From Acidobacteriota bacterium (lineage in GTDB: Bacteria; Acidobacteriota; Thermoanaerobaculia; Multivoradales; JAHEKO01): 64,000 bases of DNA. The translations under genes and the position numbers were made by a program. Positions 45,201 to 54,097 of this stretch are shown here, one piece after another (position 1 is the first letter of the stretch; each line of letters opens with the position of its first letter). A model generated the notes under the pieces. The model did no database searches. It was not told the DNA's origin and saw only the letters and a program-made list of their open reading frames with translations. The stretch covers positions 2,915 through 66,914 of the forward strand of contig JADFQD010000001.1 of NCBI GenBank assembly GCA_022561975.1, in the 5' to 3' direction.

Positions 45201-45426
45201 CTGAAAACGCGGGGATCAGCAACAGCATGATCGAAAGGACCGCGATCCCCACGAATTTCGACCGCTCGAGGAAAAAAGATGCCCTCGTCGAACCGACCTT
45301 CGGGGATCCCGAATCCACACCGGCATTATGAGTGCTCTTTCGGTTACCTATAAGCATCGTCTTAAACCAGCGGCCGATACTAGCTTGGATTCTTCTCCAA
45401 GGATCCCTCGGCCCTTCCGACCCCAC
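42295..45426 (-). CDS. Fusion protein: N-terminal BNR_4 (BNR repeat-containing family, ~res 60-520) + C-terminal Omp85/FhaC-like outer-membrane beta-barrel with POTRA-like region
   Basis: N-terminal half has the BNR_4-like pattern (HNHIAMAVDTAGFVHISGNMHGDPLVYFRS...FFQYRDGKSGDG...HLVWMWRD). C-terminal half ends with the Omp85/ShlB-type barrel signature (AVFFDAGRAWF...GFGLRL...FHLDVAFPL...YLVTTKESL). Confidence 0.65.
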   Translation of the reverse strand: MGSEGPRDPWRRIQASIGRWFKTMLIGNRKSTHNAGVDSGSPKVGSTRASFFLERSKFVGIAVLSIMLLLIPAFSEGAAGSGSTRGIRSAGFESLDVAPAWAGHPVGFAIETTERWQYVAFYDPERRMTVAQRSLDSSNWTFQRLPSVVGWDSHNHIAMAVDTAGFVHISGNMHGDPLVYFRSIAAHDISAFQQPGMVGRLEKQVSYPRFLHGDDGQLFFQYRDGKSGDGAQLLNLYDIDSKRWRSHLAGPLLDGGGKESAYPVGPSKGPDGRFHLVWMWRDTPSGATNHDLSYARSRDLLHWETASGESLELPIRPDDREALVDPVGAGEGLAGIAFGVGWDARKRPIVTYSKYDDAGISQAYNARWSGREWEPIRSSDWSYRWDLSKTGTLREEIVVRPPTVTEDGELVQEFRHIEEGAGVWVLDQDTLTPVEVRPLPDDLLTLKEPESPFPGMEVRELVFDRRGEYFLRWETLPSHRDRKRKRPYPEPSRLRVLRRAPTEPEPSSGPGASESAGVDEVAVPDSVFLEANGARIGVISIEVGNVFDEGDPTENRRLFRLVNRFRRKTGENVIRDELLFKSGDPYCLRLLEESERLLRSQGYLYEAEIRAIAYRRQSEDDGGEVDVVVRTRDVWTLTGGASLSRSGGENNTRFHLEDTNFLGTGTELGVSRESDVDRTRTEFHFRDFNLFGTRGQMEISLQENSDGHRRLLKLRRPFFALDTKRSKGVTLLTEERIDPLFERGKTVSEFGHRIEQLTLDWGFSRGLQNGVARRWTLGFTFLRDRFSLLEGRAPIADFPPDRTLSYPWLGFDWVEDRFIEATDLDKIARVEDLNLGTVISARAGWSSPRFGADRDEALVGVQASTGLTLGKGGLLLVDSNAGTRWSGDGFANAALSGSARLYRRNFGRHLFFAELQAAAVENLDPEQQLLIGGDSGLRGYPLRFQSGDRRLLLTLEQRFYSKRELFKLATLGAAVFFDAGRAWFTAAGGQDDLGVLMDVGFGLRLSPTRSSGKTVFHLDVAFPLDAGGSIDSVQYLVTTKESL

Positions 45427-46576
45427 CCGCCATCAGGTACGCGAAGACCATCAGGACCGCCGCTAGCCAGAACGGCCAGCGAATGCCGACGAACTGAAAC
45501 ACCGCGCCGGCCAAGATCGGGCCCAGCATGCGTGCCACCCCGCCAAACGACTGTTGAACCCCGAGGATCATCCCGGTCTGCCCCTCTTCGGCGCGCTGAG
45601 ACACCAGCGAGGTGGTGGTCGGAAACAGCAACGCCGTGCCAAAGGGAACCAAGGTGATGGCGGCACACAGCGTCCAAATCGAGCCGGCGAAGGGTACCAA
45701 AGCCATTCCGAGCGCCACTCCCAGAGCCCCTACGCGCATCGCCTTGCGTTCGCCGAGCCGTGCCACCGCGGGACCCAGAAACAGCGACCGCATGATCAGC
45801 GAAACACCTCCCACGTACATGAAAAACCATCCGATGCTGCGTTCGTTGATTCCGAACACGCGTTCGAGATAGAGCGCGAAAATCCCGTTCATAGCCATGA
45901 ACGACATCATGCCGAAGGTGTAGATCCAGACCAGACGCGGCAACGGCCGGGTCGGATGGAGCAAGAACTCGCGAATCGCTCTACGCGTGCTTCCCCTCTG
46001 CCGCTCATGGCCCGCAGCCTTCGAGGTCTCGGGCTCCGGCAGCCAACGCCATCCAAAGGCGAAGTTCAGCAAACAGACGGCGGCCGCAAGATAGCCTGGG
46101 CCGATTCGTCCCACCGCCAGCGAGCCCACCGCCGGACCCATCATGACGCCGGCGCTGGTCGCCGCGGTCAACCACCCCAAGGCCTTGGCGCGCTCTTCCC
46201 GGTCGATCGAATCACTCACATAGGCCTGGATCACACCGGTCGTTCCGCTCGCGGCGCCCTGAACGAACCGCGACAGAAAAAGCAGCCAGACCGAATCGGC
46301 GACCTCGAAGATCGAGTAGGCCACCGCGGCGACCAAGAGCCCGATGAGAATCATCGGCCGACGGCCGTAGCGGTCGGACATTCGCCCCCAGAGGGGTGCT
46401 GAGACCAGCTGGGCGAGTGCGAACATCGAAACCATGGCGCCGATCCGAATCGGGTCGGCACCCAGCTTCTCGGCATAGAAAGGCAGCAGCGGTAAAACGA
46501 TGAAGAACCCGAGCATGTCGACGAAGACCGTCGCCATCAGCACCCAGATTTTCTTCAATTCGGCGCCGCCGCTCAC
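45380..46576 (-). CDS. MFS transporter (GTG start overlapping upstream permease stop; track ORF is N-terminally over-extended)
   Basis: MFS motif A (GRMSDRYGRRPMILIGLL). GTGA overlap at ~46573-46576. The body is 12 TM. Confidence 0.7.
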   Translation of the reverse strand: MSGGAELKKIWVLMATVFVDMLGFFIVLPLLPFYAEKLGADPIRIGAMVSMFALAQLVSAPLWGRMSDRYGRRPMILIGLLVAAVAYSIFEVADSVWLLFLSRFVQGAASGTTGVIQAYVSDSIDREERAKALGWLTAATSAGVMMGPAVGSLAVGRIGPGYLAAAVCLLNFAFGWRWLPEPETSKAAGHERQRGSTRRAIREFLLHPTRPLPRLVWIYTFGMMSFMAMNGIFALYLERVFGINERSIGWFFMYVGGVSLIMRSLFLGPAVARLGERKAMRVGALGVALGMALVPFAGSIWTLCAAITLVPFGTALLFPTTTSLVSQRAEEGQTGMILGVQQSFGGVARMLGPILAGAVFQFVGIRWPFWLAAVLMVFAYLMAGGVGRAEGSLEKNPS

Positions 46577-48258
46577 GAAGTCGCCTCCTTTCGACTCCAA
46601 AGAACAAAGGCCAGAGCGCTGGCTATCATCAGAAACACGCCGTAGGCGGATGCGATGCCGGTCTCCTGCAAGCGCAGATTCGACAGGATCTCGATCGAGA
46701 TCGGCCGGGTCTCGTAGGTATAGAGAACGATCGACGTAACAAAGTCGCCCAGGGCGGTGATGAAGGCCAGGCCGGCACCGGCCGCGAGCGCCGGGCGCAG
46801 CATCGGCAGAACCACGCGGCGAAGCGTTCGCCAGCGGCCAGCGCCCAGAGACGCCGCGGCCTCCTCCAGCGAGCCGTCGAACTGGCGCAACCCCGCAAAG
46901 GCGCTCCGTGCGGTCAACGGCAAACTGCGAACCAGATAGGCCAGCGGCAGAATCACCGGAGTGCCGATCAAAACGAAGCGACCGGCAAGTGGCGCCGAGA
47001 CGCTGAAGGCCGTCGCCAGGGCGATGGCAAAGACGGTGCCCGGAATCGCCCACGGTAGGGCCACCAGGGTCTCGAGCAGCCTACCCATCCGGCCGCCGGC
47101 CCTGATCGCGCTGCGCGCCGCCGCGAACCCTATGACCACAGCGCCGAGGGTGGCCACAGCCGCCATCCACAGCGAATTGACGATCGGTCGCAGTCGCTCG
47201 ACGCTCGAGGCCAACCTGATGTAGTTCGACAAGTCGAGAACCGGCGGTACCGCCTCGATCGTCCAGGTACCCGGAGGCACGAACGACACCAGAGCCAGGG
47301 TCAGATGAGGCAGCAGAAGAAACACCGCCAAGGTCCATCCCAGGGCGGTAGCTAGAAGGCGGGAGCGCCGGCTCTCGAGAGTGCGCCGCCGCGGCGCCAG
47401 ACCCCGCACGCCACCGACGACCGCTACCCGGCGCCGGTCGAACGCCAGCAGGGCTCCCAGTCCGGTCACGGCCGCCAACGCCAGGACCACCGTTTCGACC
47501 CGCGCCGCCTCAATGTCGCCGTTGAGTTTCGAGGCCACAATCTGGGTCGTCATGACGCGGAAGCCGCCGCCGAAGATGTAGGGTGCCGAGAACGAAGACA
47601 GCGAGGTCATGAAGGTCAGGAGCGCCGCTCCGGCGAGCGCCGGCCGCAACAACGGCAGCACCACCCGCCGCAACCGGGTGCCTCTGCCGGCGCCCAGGCT
47701 CGCAGCGGCTTCCTCCATCGAAGGATCGAGTCGCGTCAGTGCGGCCCGCGTGAAGAGGTAGAAGTAAACGTACATCGAGTAGGCGTGGACCAGAAGAATC
47801 GCGCCCGCTCCTCGGAGACGCCAAGGAGCCCCGTCGAGACCCAATAGGTACTGCACACTCCGAGTCAAAAACCCGCTTTCGCCGTAGAGGAAAAGAAACG
47901 CAAGCACGCCCACGAGCGGCGGTAGGGCCACCGGCAGTGCAACCAAACCACCCAGAATCGAGCGGCCTGGAAACTCGAGCCGCTCGAACACGAAGGCGAG
48001 CGGCACGCCAATCGCGGCCGCGAGCACGACCGAAGCGCCTGAGATCCACAAACTGCGCCACAGTGCCAGCCATTCGTCGGAGCGCTCGGCGAAGGCAGCG
48101 AAGTGGGCGAGCGTCGGAGCGCTCGGAATCCCCAGAGCCTCGAGAAGCGTCAACAGGAGCGGATAGCCGACAATCCAGGTGAGCGCGACCGCCAGCGCCA
48201 CGGCCCCCCAGCGAGGAGCGGCCGATCGGGGCGGACTCAGACGGCGCGAATCCCTCAC
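46573..48258 (-). CDS. Iron(III)/thiamine-type ABC transporter permease (duplicated TMD)
   Basis: 561 aa, two permease modules with EAA-like loops (EEAAASLGAGR twice). Confidence 0.8.
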   Translation of the reverse strand: MRDSRRLSPPRSAAPRWGAVALAVALTWIVGYPLLLTLLEALGIPSAPTLAHFAAFAERSDEWLALWRSLWISGASVVLAAAIGVPLAFVFERLEFPGRSILGGLVALPVALPPLVGVLAFLFLYGESGFLTRSVQYLLGLDGAPWRLRGAGAILLVHAYSMYVYFYLFTRAALTRLDPSMEEAAASLGAGRGTRLRRVVLPLLRPALAGAALLTFMTSLSSFSAPYIFGGGFRVMTTQIVASKLNGDIEAARVETVVLALAAVTGLGALLAFDRRRVAVVGGVRGLAPRRRTLESRRSRLLATALGWTLAVFLLLPHLTLALVSFVPPGTWTIEAVPPVLDLSNYIRLASSVERLRPIVNSLWMAAVATLGAVVIGFAAARSAIRAGGRMGRLLETLVALPWAIPGTVFAIALATAFSVSAPLAGRFVLIGTPVILPLAYLVRSLPLTARSAFAGLRQFDGSLEEAAASLGAGRWRTLRRVVLPMLRPALAAGAGLAFITALGDFVTSIVLYTYETRPISIEILSNLRLQETGIASAYGVFLMIASALAFVLWSRKEATS

Positions 48259-49376
48259 CCTCGATCTCGCCCGCTCGGGAAAGCAATGGGTGCACCCGAG
48301 CCGGGGCGAAGACGGAGTTCCAGCCGATCGCCGGTGGCGAAGTCTCTCTCGGTGGCAACCTCGATCACCGATCCGTGATCGAGCCGTACCTGCACGAGAT
48401 TCTCGCGTCCCGTGAAGCGCCGACCAACGACCTCGCCGACGAGCACGTCGCTGTCCTGCGCGCCGCGAAGGTCTCGACCGGGAACGTCCCGGGCGACAAC
48501 CTCCCAGGCCTCGGGCCGGATGTAAACCTCGACCTCCTGGCCCGGGGCGGCCCGGGAATCACGGGCGAATGTCACCGGAAACCGGATCCTCACATTGCCG
48601 GCAGCCTCGAACTCCACCAGTCCGTCGTCGGCCAACCGACCTCGGAGCACGGACGCACGCCCCACGAAGCCCGCCACAAACGGTGTTGTGGGCTTTCGAT
48701 ACAAATCGGCAGGCCTTCCCACTTGCTCGATCCGTCCCCGGTTGAGCACCGCCACCCTGGACCCGACGTCGAAGGCCTCTTCCTGTTCGTGGGTCACCCA
48801 AACGGCGGTGATGCCGATGTTCGCGAGCGTCGTCGCCAGTTCCTGGCGCGTGCGCTCGCGCAATTCCGGATCGAGGTTCGAGAGCGGCTCATCGAGCAGT
48901 AGCAACCGAGGCTCGGGAGCCAAGGCGCGCGCCAGCGCCACGCGCTGTTGCTGACCGCCGGAGATGGCGTCGATCCTGCGCTCGCCGAAGCCGGCGAGAT
49001 CGACCCGCTCCAGAGCTCGCTCGACAGTGTTCCGAACCTCCTCTTTCGGCTTGCCGCGAGACTCGAGGCCAAACGCTACGTTCTCGCCCACGCTCAGGTG
49101 CGGAAAGAGCGCATAGTGCTGAAAAACCATCCCGAAGTTGCGCTCGGCCGGGGGCAGAGCGCCCACCGACCGGCCGTCGACGAGCACTTCACCGCGCTCG
49201 GCGGTCTCGAAACCGGCAATCACCCGAAGCAGCGTCGTCTTGCCACTGCCGCTCGGACCGAGCAGCACCAGCGTTTCGCCCTCTTCCACCGCGAGCGTGA
49301 TCTCACGCAGAACGACCGTGTCGCCAAAGCTCTTCCGTATTCTGACGAGTTCCAGGTAGGACATCGTCTCAGCCAC
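48255..49376 (-). CDS. ABC transporter ATP-binding protein (Fe3+/spermidine-type, C-terminal TOBE)
   Basis: Walker A GPSGSGKTT, signature ISGGQQQRVALARAL, Walker B LLLDEPLSNLD. Confidence 0.9.
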   Translation of the reverse strand: MAETMSYLELVRIRKSFGDTVVLREITLAVEEGETLVLLGPSGSGKTTLLRVIAGFETAERGEVLVDGRSVGALPPAERNFGMVFQHYALFPHLSVGENVAFGLESRGKPKEEVRNTVERALERVDLAGFGERRIDAISGGQQQRVALARALAPEPRLLLLDEPLSNLDPELRERTRQELATTLANIGITAVWVTHEQEEAFDVGSRVAVLNRGRIEQVGRPADLYRKPTTPFVAGFVGRASVLRGRLADDGLVEFEAAGNVRIRFPVTFARDSRAAPGQEVEVYIRPEAWEVVARDVPGRDLRGAQDSDVLVGEVVGRRFTGRENLVQVRLDHGSVIEVATERDFATGDRLELRLRPGSGAPIAFPSGRDRG

Positions 49377-49507
49377 CGAACCCAGCGCTTGCGAAGAGGC
49401 CTGAAGATACCAGGCACCGCGACTGAGAGTGCCGCAGACGTACTTTGAGTACGTCGAGGACGCTCGAAGGAGCGTAACGACGTAGATTCGAGCCTATCCG
49501 CAGGCGA

Positions 49508-50557
49508 TTACCCCTTGCTCCGGACTTCACGGTCCCACCGCCGCATCCACTCCTGTCCCTTCTCGCCGAGCAGCTTCCAGTCGAGCTCGGCCGGCCGGAT
49601 CTCGGCAAGTGCGCGCTGCGCCCACTCCGGCAACGAGCCGGCGGGAAGATCGTTGCGAGCCGGCAGGCGAAAGGCCTCTCGGGCCGCCAGGATCAGGGCT
49701 TCCTCGTCTCCGATCCACTCGATGAAGCCTCGCGCCGCCTCGGCGTGAGGCGCACCGGCAACCAGACCGATCACATCGTCGATGACCGGCGTTCCACTGG
49801 TCGGAAAGTTGTAACCGATCGGCGTTCCGCGCTGCTCGAGCAAGAGCGCATCGGTTAGCTCCCAGATGGTGACCAAGCCCTCTTGGCGAATGATCTTCTC
49901 GAACAACAATGCCGGATTCTGGACGTAGTCGGAGGTCTGGGCGTCGAGCCGCCGTAACCAGTCCAAACCGGCGTCCTCCGAGCCGGTTTCGGCAACCGAG
50001 CGCGCCAGAATCAACCCGAAAGCCGTGCGCATGGTGCCGCTCGCAAGCGGATCCCGAATCACCACCTTCCCGGTCCAACGCGGATCCAGGAGATCCTGCC
50101 AATCCCGTGGCGCGTCGTCTTCCGAGATCGCCGCCGAGTTGTAGAGCAGCACCGGCACCGCTCGATAGAGACCGAAGTAGAGATCTCCGGCGTGGCGACT
50201 TTCGGCGGGCAGGTGATCCGCCCAGGCCGGCCGGTACGCAGCTAGAAGACCCTCGGCCGCGCCTCGGGAGACAATCGTGTCCGGCCCTCCGAACCAGATA
50301 TCGGCTTGCGGATTGGCTCGCTCGGAACGCACCCGATCGTAGATCTCCTGGGAGCCCATGTCGAGCCAGCGGATGTCGATCTCGGGGTTGATCGCTTCGT
50401 AGGCGTGTTCGACCAGCTCCAGAAGATCGCGCCCGTGAGGAGAGTAGAGCACCACCGGTGTGCGACCGTCCGAGCAGGAGATCGAAAGTATTGCCACCAA
50501 GACCAGGGCGCGAACCGCCTCGCAGCGAAACAGAGAACCGGCTCTCGGGAAGGACAT
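49508..50557 (-). CDS. ABC transporter substrate-binding protein (start at internal ATG 50557; upstream 440 aa of track ORF is antisense artefact)
   Basis: Signal peptide MSFPRAGSLFRCEAVRALVLVAILSISCS, then an SBP family-1-like sequence. It completes the SBP-ATPase-permease operon. Confidence 0.7.
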   Translation of the reverse strand: MSFPRAGSLFRCEAVRALVLVAILSISCSDGRTPVVLYSPHGRDLLELVEHAYEAINPEIDIRWLDMGSQEIYDRVRSERANPQADIWFGGPDTIVSRGAAEGLLAAYRPAWADHLPAESRHAGDLYFGLYRAVPVLLYNSAAISEDDAPRDWQDLLDPRWTGKVVIRDPLASGTMRTAFGLILARSVAETGSEDAGLDWLRRLDAQTSDYVQNPALLFEKIIRQEGLVTIWELTDALLLEQRGTPIGYNFPTSGTPVIDDVIGLVAGAPHAEAARGFIEWIGDEEALILAAREAFRLPARNDLPAGSLPEWAQRALAEIRPAELDWKLLGEKGQEWMRRWDREVRSKG

Positions 50558-50644
50558 AAGGCCGGATTCTAGCGGCTCGACCGCCATCGAGCCCTTATAC
50601 TTCGCCCACTTCTCCGATAATCCTCGAGAAAGGGAGAAAAGACC

Positions 50645-51646
50645 ATGACTCCGACCCGAAAGTTCTACGCTGTCGCCATCCGTCTCGCGGCCCTGTGCGT
50701 GATGATCGCCGTGATTGCAGCCAGCGCAGCCAGTGCCGCCAGTGCCGCCACGCCCGGCGGTGCCCAGGACCGTGCGCTGGCACAAATGCTCCAAGGCATC
50801 GCTCACGACTTCGACCGCGAGGGGCTGGAGGCTGGAATCGTTCTCCAGAGAGACACAGGCAATCTCGAGCCTGGCGTCCGTTGTGCCACCCGACCGGTCG
50901 CCGACTTCGAGCAGCAGTTCATCGGCGCGGCGGTCGCCGAGTATCTTCGAGCCGCGGGTACCGAGCACCGCACGAGGGACTTCGAGGTCCCGGTGCAATT
51001 CCACATCCTGCGCAAGAGGAACGGCGACTGGGACGTCACCGATGCGCAGATCGCCGAGCAGTTGGACGTCCTCAACCGCTCTTTCACGGAGCACGGTTTC
51101 CGGTTCGCCCTGCGTGGCGTGTCGCGTCGCAACAAGAACAAATTCGCAAAGAAATGCCTCAGTGCGCGAGTCGAAAGGCGATTCAAAAAGCGCTACGCCA
51201 TCGACCCGCGGACAACTCTCAACGTCTACTCGTGCCGGCCGAAAGAGGATGTCCTCGGCTACGCCTACTTTCCTTCGGACTACCCGGAAGACAGCTTTCT
51301 GCACGGCGTCGTCCTTCTGCATTCCACCTTCCCCGGCGGCCGGGCCGCGCCCTTCGACCTGGGTGACACTTTGGTGCACGAGGTGGGGCACTACCTCGGG
51401 CTCTACCATACGTTTGAAGGCAAATGCGGCAAGAGGGGCGATGGAATCTCCGACACGCCGCGCGAGCGGAGTCCTGCCTCCGGCTGTCCGATCGATCGAG
51501 ACACCTGCTCGCAACCGGGCCTCGACCCGGTTCGAAACTTCATGGACTACAGCGACGACGACTGCGTCGAGGAGTTCACCGCCGAGCAGGAGCTTTGGAT
51601 GAAAGATCGCCTCGAGACCTTCAAGCCGAGCCTGGGCGGCTCGTGA
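50645..51646 (+). CDS. Secreted zinc metallopeptidase, M43 (pappalysin/ulilysin-like) family
   Basis: Signal peptide with AASAASAA. Extended zinc motif HEVGHYLGLYHTF (HExxHxxGxxH), downstream Cys pairs, and Met-turn region. Confidence 0.75.
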   Translation: MTPTRKFYAVAIRLAALCVMIAVIAASAASAASAATPGGAQDRALAQMLQGIAHDFDREGLEAGIVLQRDTGNLEPGVRCATRPVADFEQQFIGAAVAEYLRAAGTEHRTRDFEVPVQFHILRKRNGDWDVTDAQIAEQLDVLNRSFTEHGFRFALRGVSRRNKNKFAKKCLSARVERRFKKRYAIDPRTTLNVYSCRPKEDVLGYAYFPSDYPEDSFLHGVVLLHSTFPGGRAAPFDLGDTLVHEVGHYLGLYHTFEGKCGKRGDGISDTPRERSPASGCPIDRDTCSQPGLDPVRNFMDYSDDDCVEEFTAEQELWMKDRLETFKPSLGGS

Positions 51647-54084
51647 CCGACCCCCTTGTGCTCGAAGCCTACCGGCGCTGGGGCTACCTCGAAGCCGACC
51701 TCGATTGGCTGGGCCGGCTGGCGCCGGAGCGTCATCCCGAGTTGCACCCGGACGGCGCCGACGAGCAAAGCCTGCAACGGGCTCGAGAACTCTACTGCGG
51801 CACGCTGGCGGTCGAGTGCGGTCACATTCCGGACCCGAAACGACGGCGCTGGATCGCCGACGCCATGGAGAACGCAAGCGAAACTCCTTCGAGGTCGATA
51901 ATTCTCGAGCTGCTGCTCAGGGCGGCCACCTTCGAGGAGACGCTTCAGAGCCGCTACATCGGCAACAAACGCTTCTCGGTCGAAGGCCTGGAAGCACTGC
52001 TTCCCCTGCTCACGGAAATGCTCGAGGCAGCCGCTGCGCGCGAGGTGGTGCACGTCGTTCTGGCCATGAGCCACCGCGGACGCCTCAATGTCATGGCCCA
52101 TGTGGTCAAAGTACCGCTGTCCAAACTGCTGGCCGGTTTCGAGGATGTCGCGCCCCGAAGCATCTTTGGCGCCGGCGACGTCAAGTATCACCTCGGGGCT
52201 ACGGGCACGTACGCGACGCGCGATGGGCGCGAGATCAGCATCCACCTGGTGTCCAACCCCAGCCACCTCGAAGCCGTCGGTCCGGTCGCGATGGGCCGGG
52301 TGCGGGCCAAGCAAAAGCGCTTGGACGACGGTGACGGACACAAGGTCGTCCCGATCGTCATGCACGGCGACGCCGCTTTCGCCGGCCAGGGAATCGTCGC
52401 CGAGACCCTCAACCTCGCCGAAATCGATGGATTCTCGGTGGGCGGAACGGTCCACATCGTGGTCAACAACCTGATCGGTTTCACCACCGAACCGGCGGCG
52501 CTTCACTCGTCTCGATTCGCCTCGGACGTCGCCAAGCGATTGCCGATTCCCGTCTTTCACGTCAACGGAGAGGATCCGGACGCGGTCGTGCGCGCGGCGA
52601 AAATCGCGATCGCCTACCGCTACGAGTTCGGAAGCGACGTGGTTGTCGACTTGATCGGGTTTCGGCGCCACGGCCACAGCGAGATCGACGACCCGACCCT
52701 CACCCAGCCTGACCTCTACGCCAAGATCAAGGCGCGGCCGCCACTGTGGAAGTCCTATGCCGAACGGATCAATACCTCTTCGGCGGAGCTCGACACCCTG
52801 GTCGCTACCGTACGTAGCGAGTTCGACCAGGCCAAGCAAGAGGCCGAAGCCCTACAGGAGATCCCCGTCTTGCGGCAGATGCCGTCCTACTGGGAAGCTT
52901 TCGAAGGCGGCAAACATCGTGACGAACTCGAAGTCGAGACCGGTCTTTCGGTAGCAGACATCGAGAGGCTCACGGCCCGGCTGACCCGAGTTCCCGATGG
53001 TTTCAACGCCCACCCCAAGCTCCTCAAGCTCCTGGAGCAGCGCCGGGAAATGGGCGGCGGCCGGCGCCAGCTCGATTTCGGCATGGCCGAAGCCCTGGCG
53101 CTCGCGTCTCTGCTCGGAGCCGGCCTGCCGGTACGGATCAGCGGCCAAGATACCTGCCGGGGGACCTTCAGCCATCGACACTCGGTTCTCGTCGATCTCG
53201 AGAACGGCAGCGCGTATCGCCCGCTCGATCACATATCCGAGGACCAGGCGACCTTCGAAATCTACAATTCGGTGCTCTCGGAAGCCGCCGTTCTCGGCTA
53301 CGAGTACGGCTTCAGTCGTGACTATCCCGAAGCGCTGGTTGTCTGGGAGGCCCAGTTCGGTGACTTCGCCAACGGCGCCCAGATCATCTTCGATCAGTTC
53401 GTCACTGCCGGCGAGGACAAGTGGGGGCTGCTGTCGGGTCTGGTGGTTCTCCTGCCGCACGGCTACGAGGGTCAGGGGCCCGAGCACTCGAGCGCGAGAA
53501 TGGAGCGCTTTCTCCAGCTCGCCGCCGAGGATGCCATTCAGGTCGCCTACCCGTCGACCGCTTCTCAGTATTTTCACCTTCTGCGCCGGCAAGCTCTGCG
53601 CAAGTGGCGCAAGCCTCTGATCGTCTTCACTCCCAAGAGCATGCTGCGACATCCGGCGGCGGCCTCGCCGCGCGAAGCCCTGTCGCGCGACAAGTTCTGG
53701 AACGTCGCGCCCGATCAGACCGTCGAAGGGGCTCGACGCGTCATCCTTTGCACCGGCAAGATCGGCCACGAGTTGAGGGCGGAGCGAGAAAAGAAGGAGC
53801 GCCGCGACATCGCCATCGTCTCGATCGAGCAGCTCTATCCATTTCCGCACCGCGAACTCGGAGCCGAACTCGACCGGCACTCCGAAGCGCGCGAGATTCT
53901 CTGGGTCCAGGAAGAGCCCGCCAACATGGGGGCGCTTTTCTTCGTCATACCGCGCATCGAGCGCGTCAGCCGTGGCCGCCATGTCCGCTCGATCAAGCGA
54001 TCCGCCAGCGCCAGCCCGGCTACCGGATCGTTCAAGGCCCACCAGCTCGAACAGAAAACCCTCCTCGAGCTGGCGTTAGGTTAG
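51643..54084 (+). CDS. sucA: 2-oxoglutarate dehydrogenase E1 component (GTG start overlapping M43 stop)
   Basis: HRGRLNVMAHVVKVP, GDAAFAGQGIVAETLNL (ThDP-binding), and the C-terminal transketolase-like region. The 813-aa size suggests a short N-terminus. Confidence 0.85.
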   Translation: MTDPLVLEAYRRWGYLEADLDWLGRLAPERHPELHPDGADEQSLQRARELYCGTLAVECGHIPDPKRRRWIADAMENASETPSRSIILELLLRAATFEETLQSRYIGNKRFSVEGLEALLPLLTEMLEAAAAREVVHVVLAMSHRGRLNVMAHVVKVPLSKLLAGFEDVAPRSIFGAGDVKYHLGATGTYATRDGREISIHLVSNPSHLEAVGPVAMGRVRAKQKRLDDGDGHKVVPIVMHGDAAFAGQGIVAETLNLAEIDGFSVGGTVHIVVNNLIGFTTEPAALHSSRFASDVAKRLPIPVFHVNGEDPDAVVRAAKIAIAYRYEFGSDVVVDLIGFRRHGHSEIDDPTLTQPDLYAKIKARPPLWKSYAERINTSSAELDTLVATVRSEFDQAKQEAEALQEIPVLRQMPSYWEAFEGGKHRDELEVETGLSVADIERLTARLTRVPDGFNAHPKLLKLLEQRREMGGGRRQLDFGMAEALALASLLGAGLPVRISGQDTCRGTFSHRHSVLVDLENGSAYRPLDHISEDQATFEIYNSVLSEAAVLGYEYGFSRDYPEALVVWEAQFGDFANGAQIIFDQFVTAGEDKWGLLSGLVVLLPHGYEGQGPEHSSARMERFLQLAAEDAIQVAYPSTASQYFHLLRRQALRKWRKPLIVFTPKSMLRHPAAASPREALSRDKFWNVAPDQTVEGARRVILCTGKIGHELRAEREKKERRDIAIVSIEQLYPFPHRELGAELDRHSEAREILWVQEEPANMGALFFVIPRIERVSRGRHVRSIKRSASASPATGSFKAHQLEQKTLLELALG

Positions 54085-54097
54085 GTTAGGTTAGGCA
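54078..54097. repeat. (TTAGG)x4 pentanucleotide microsatellite between convergent sucA and pit
   Basis: ttaggttaggttaggttagg is directly visible. Confidence 0.6.

Noticed and set aside
49508-51877. 789-aa minus ORF
   Set aside because: Only the C-terminal 349 aa (from the ATG at 50557, with a signal peptide) look like a real SBP. The upstream 440 aa are antisense to the M43 peptidase gene and low-complexity.
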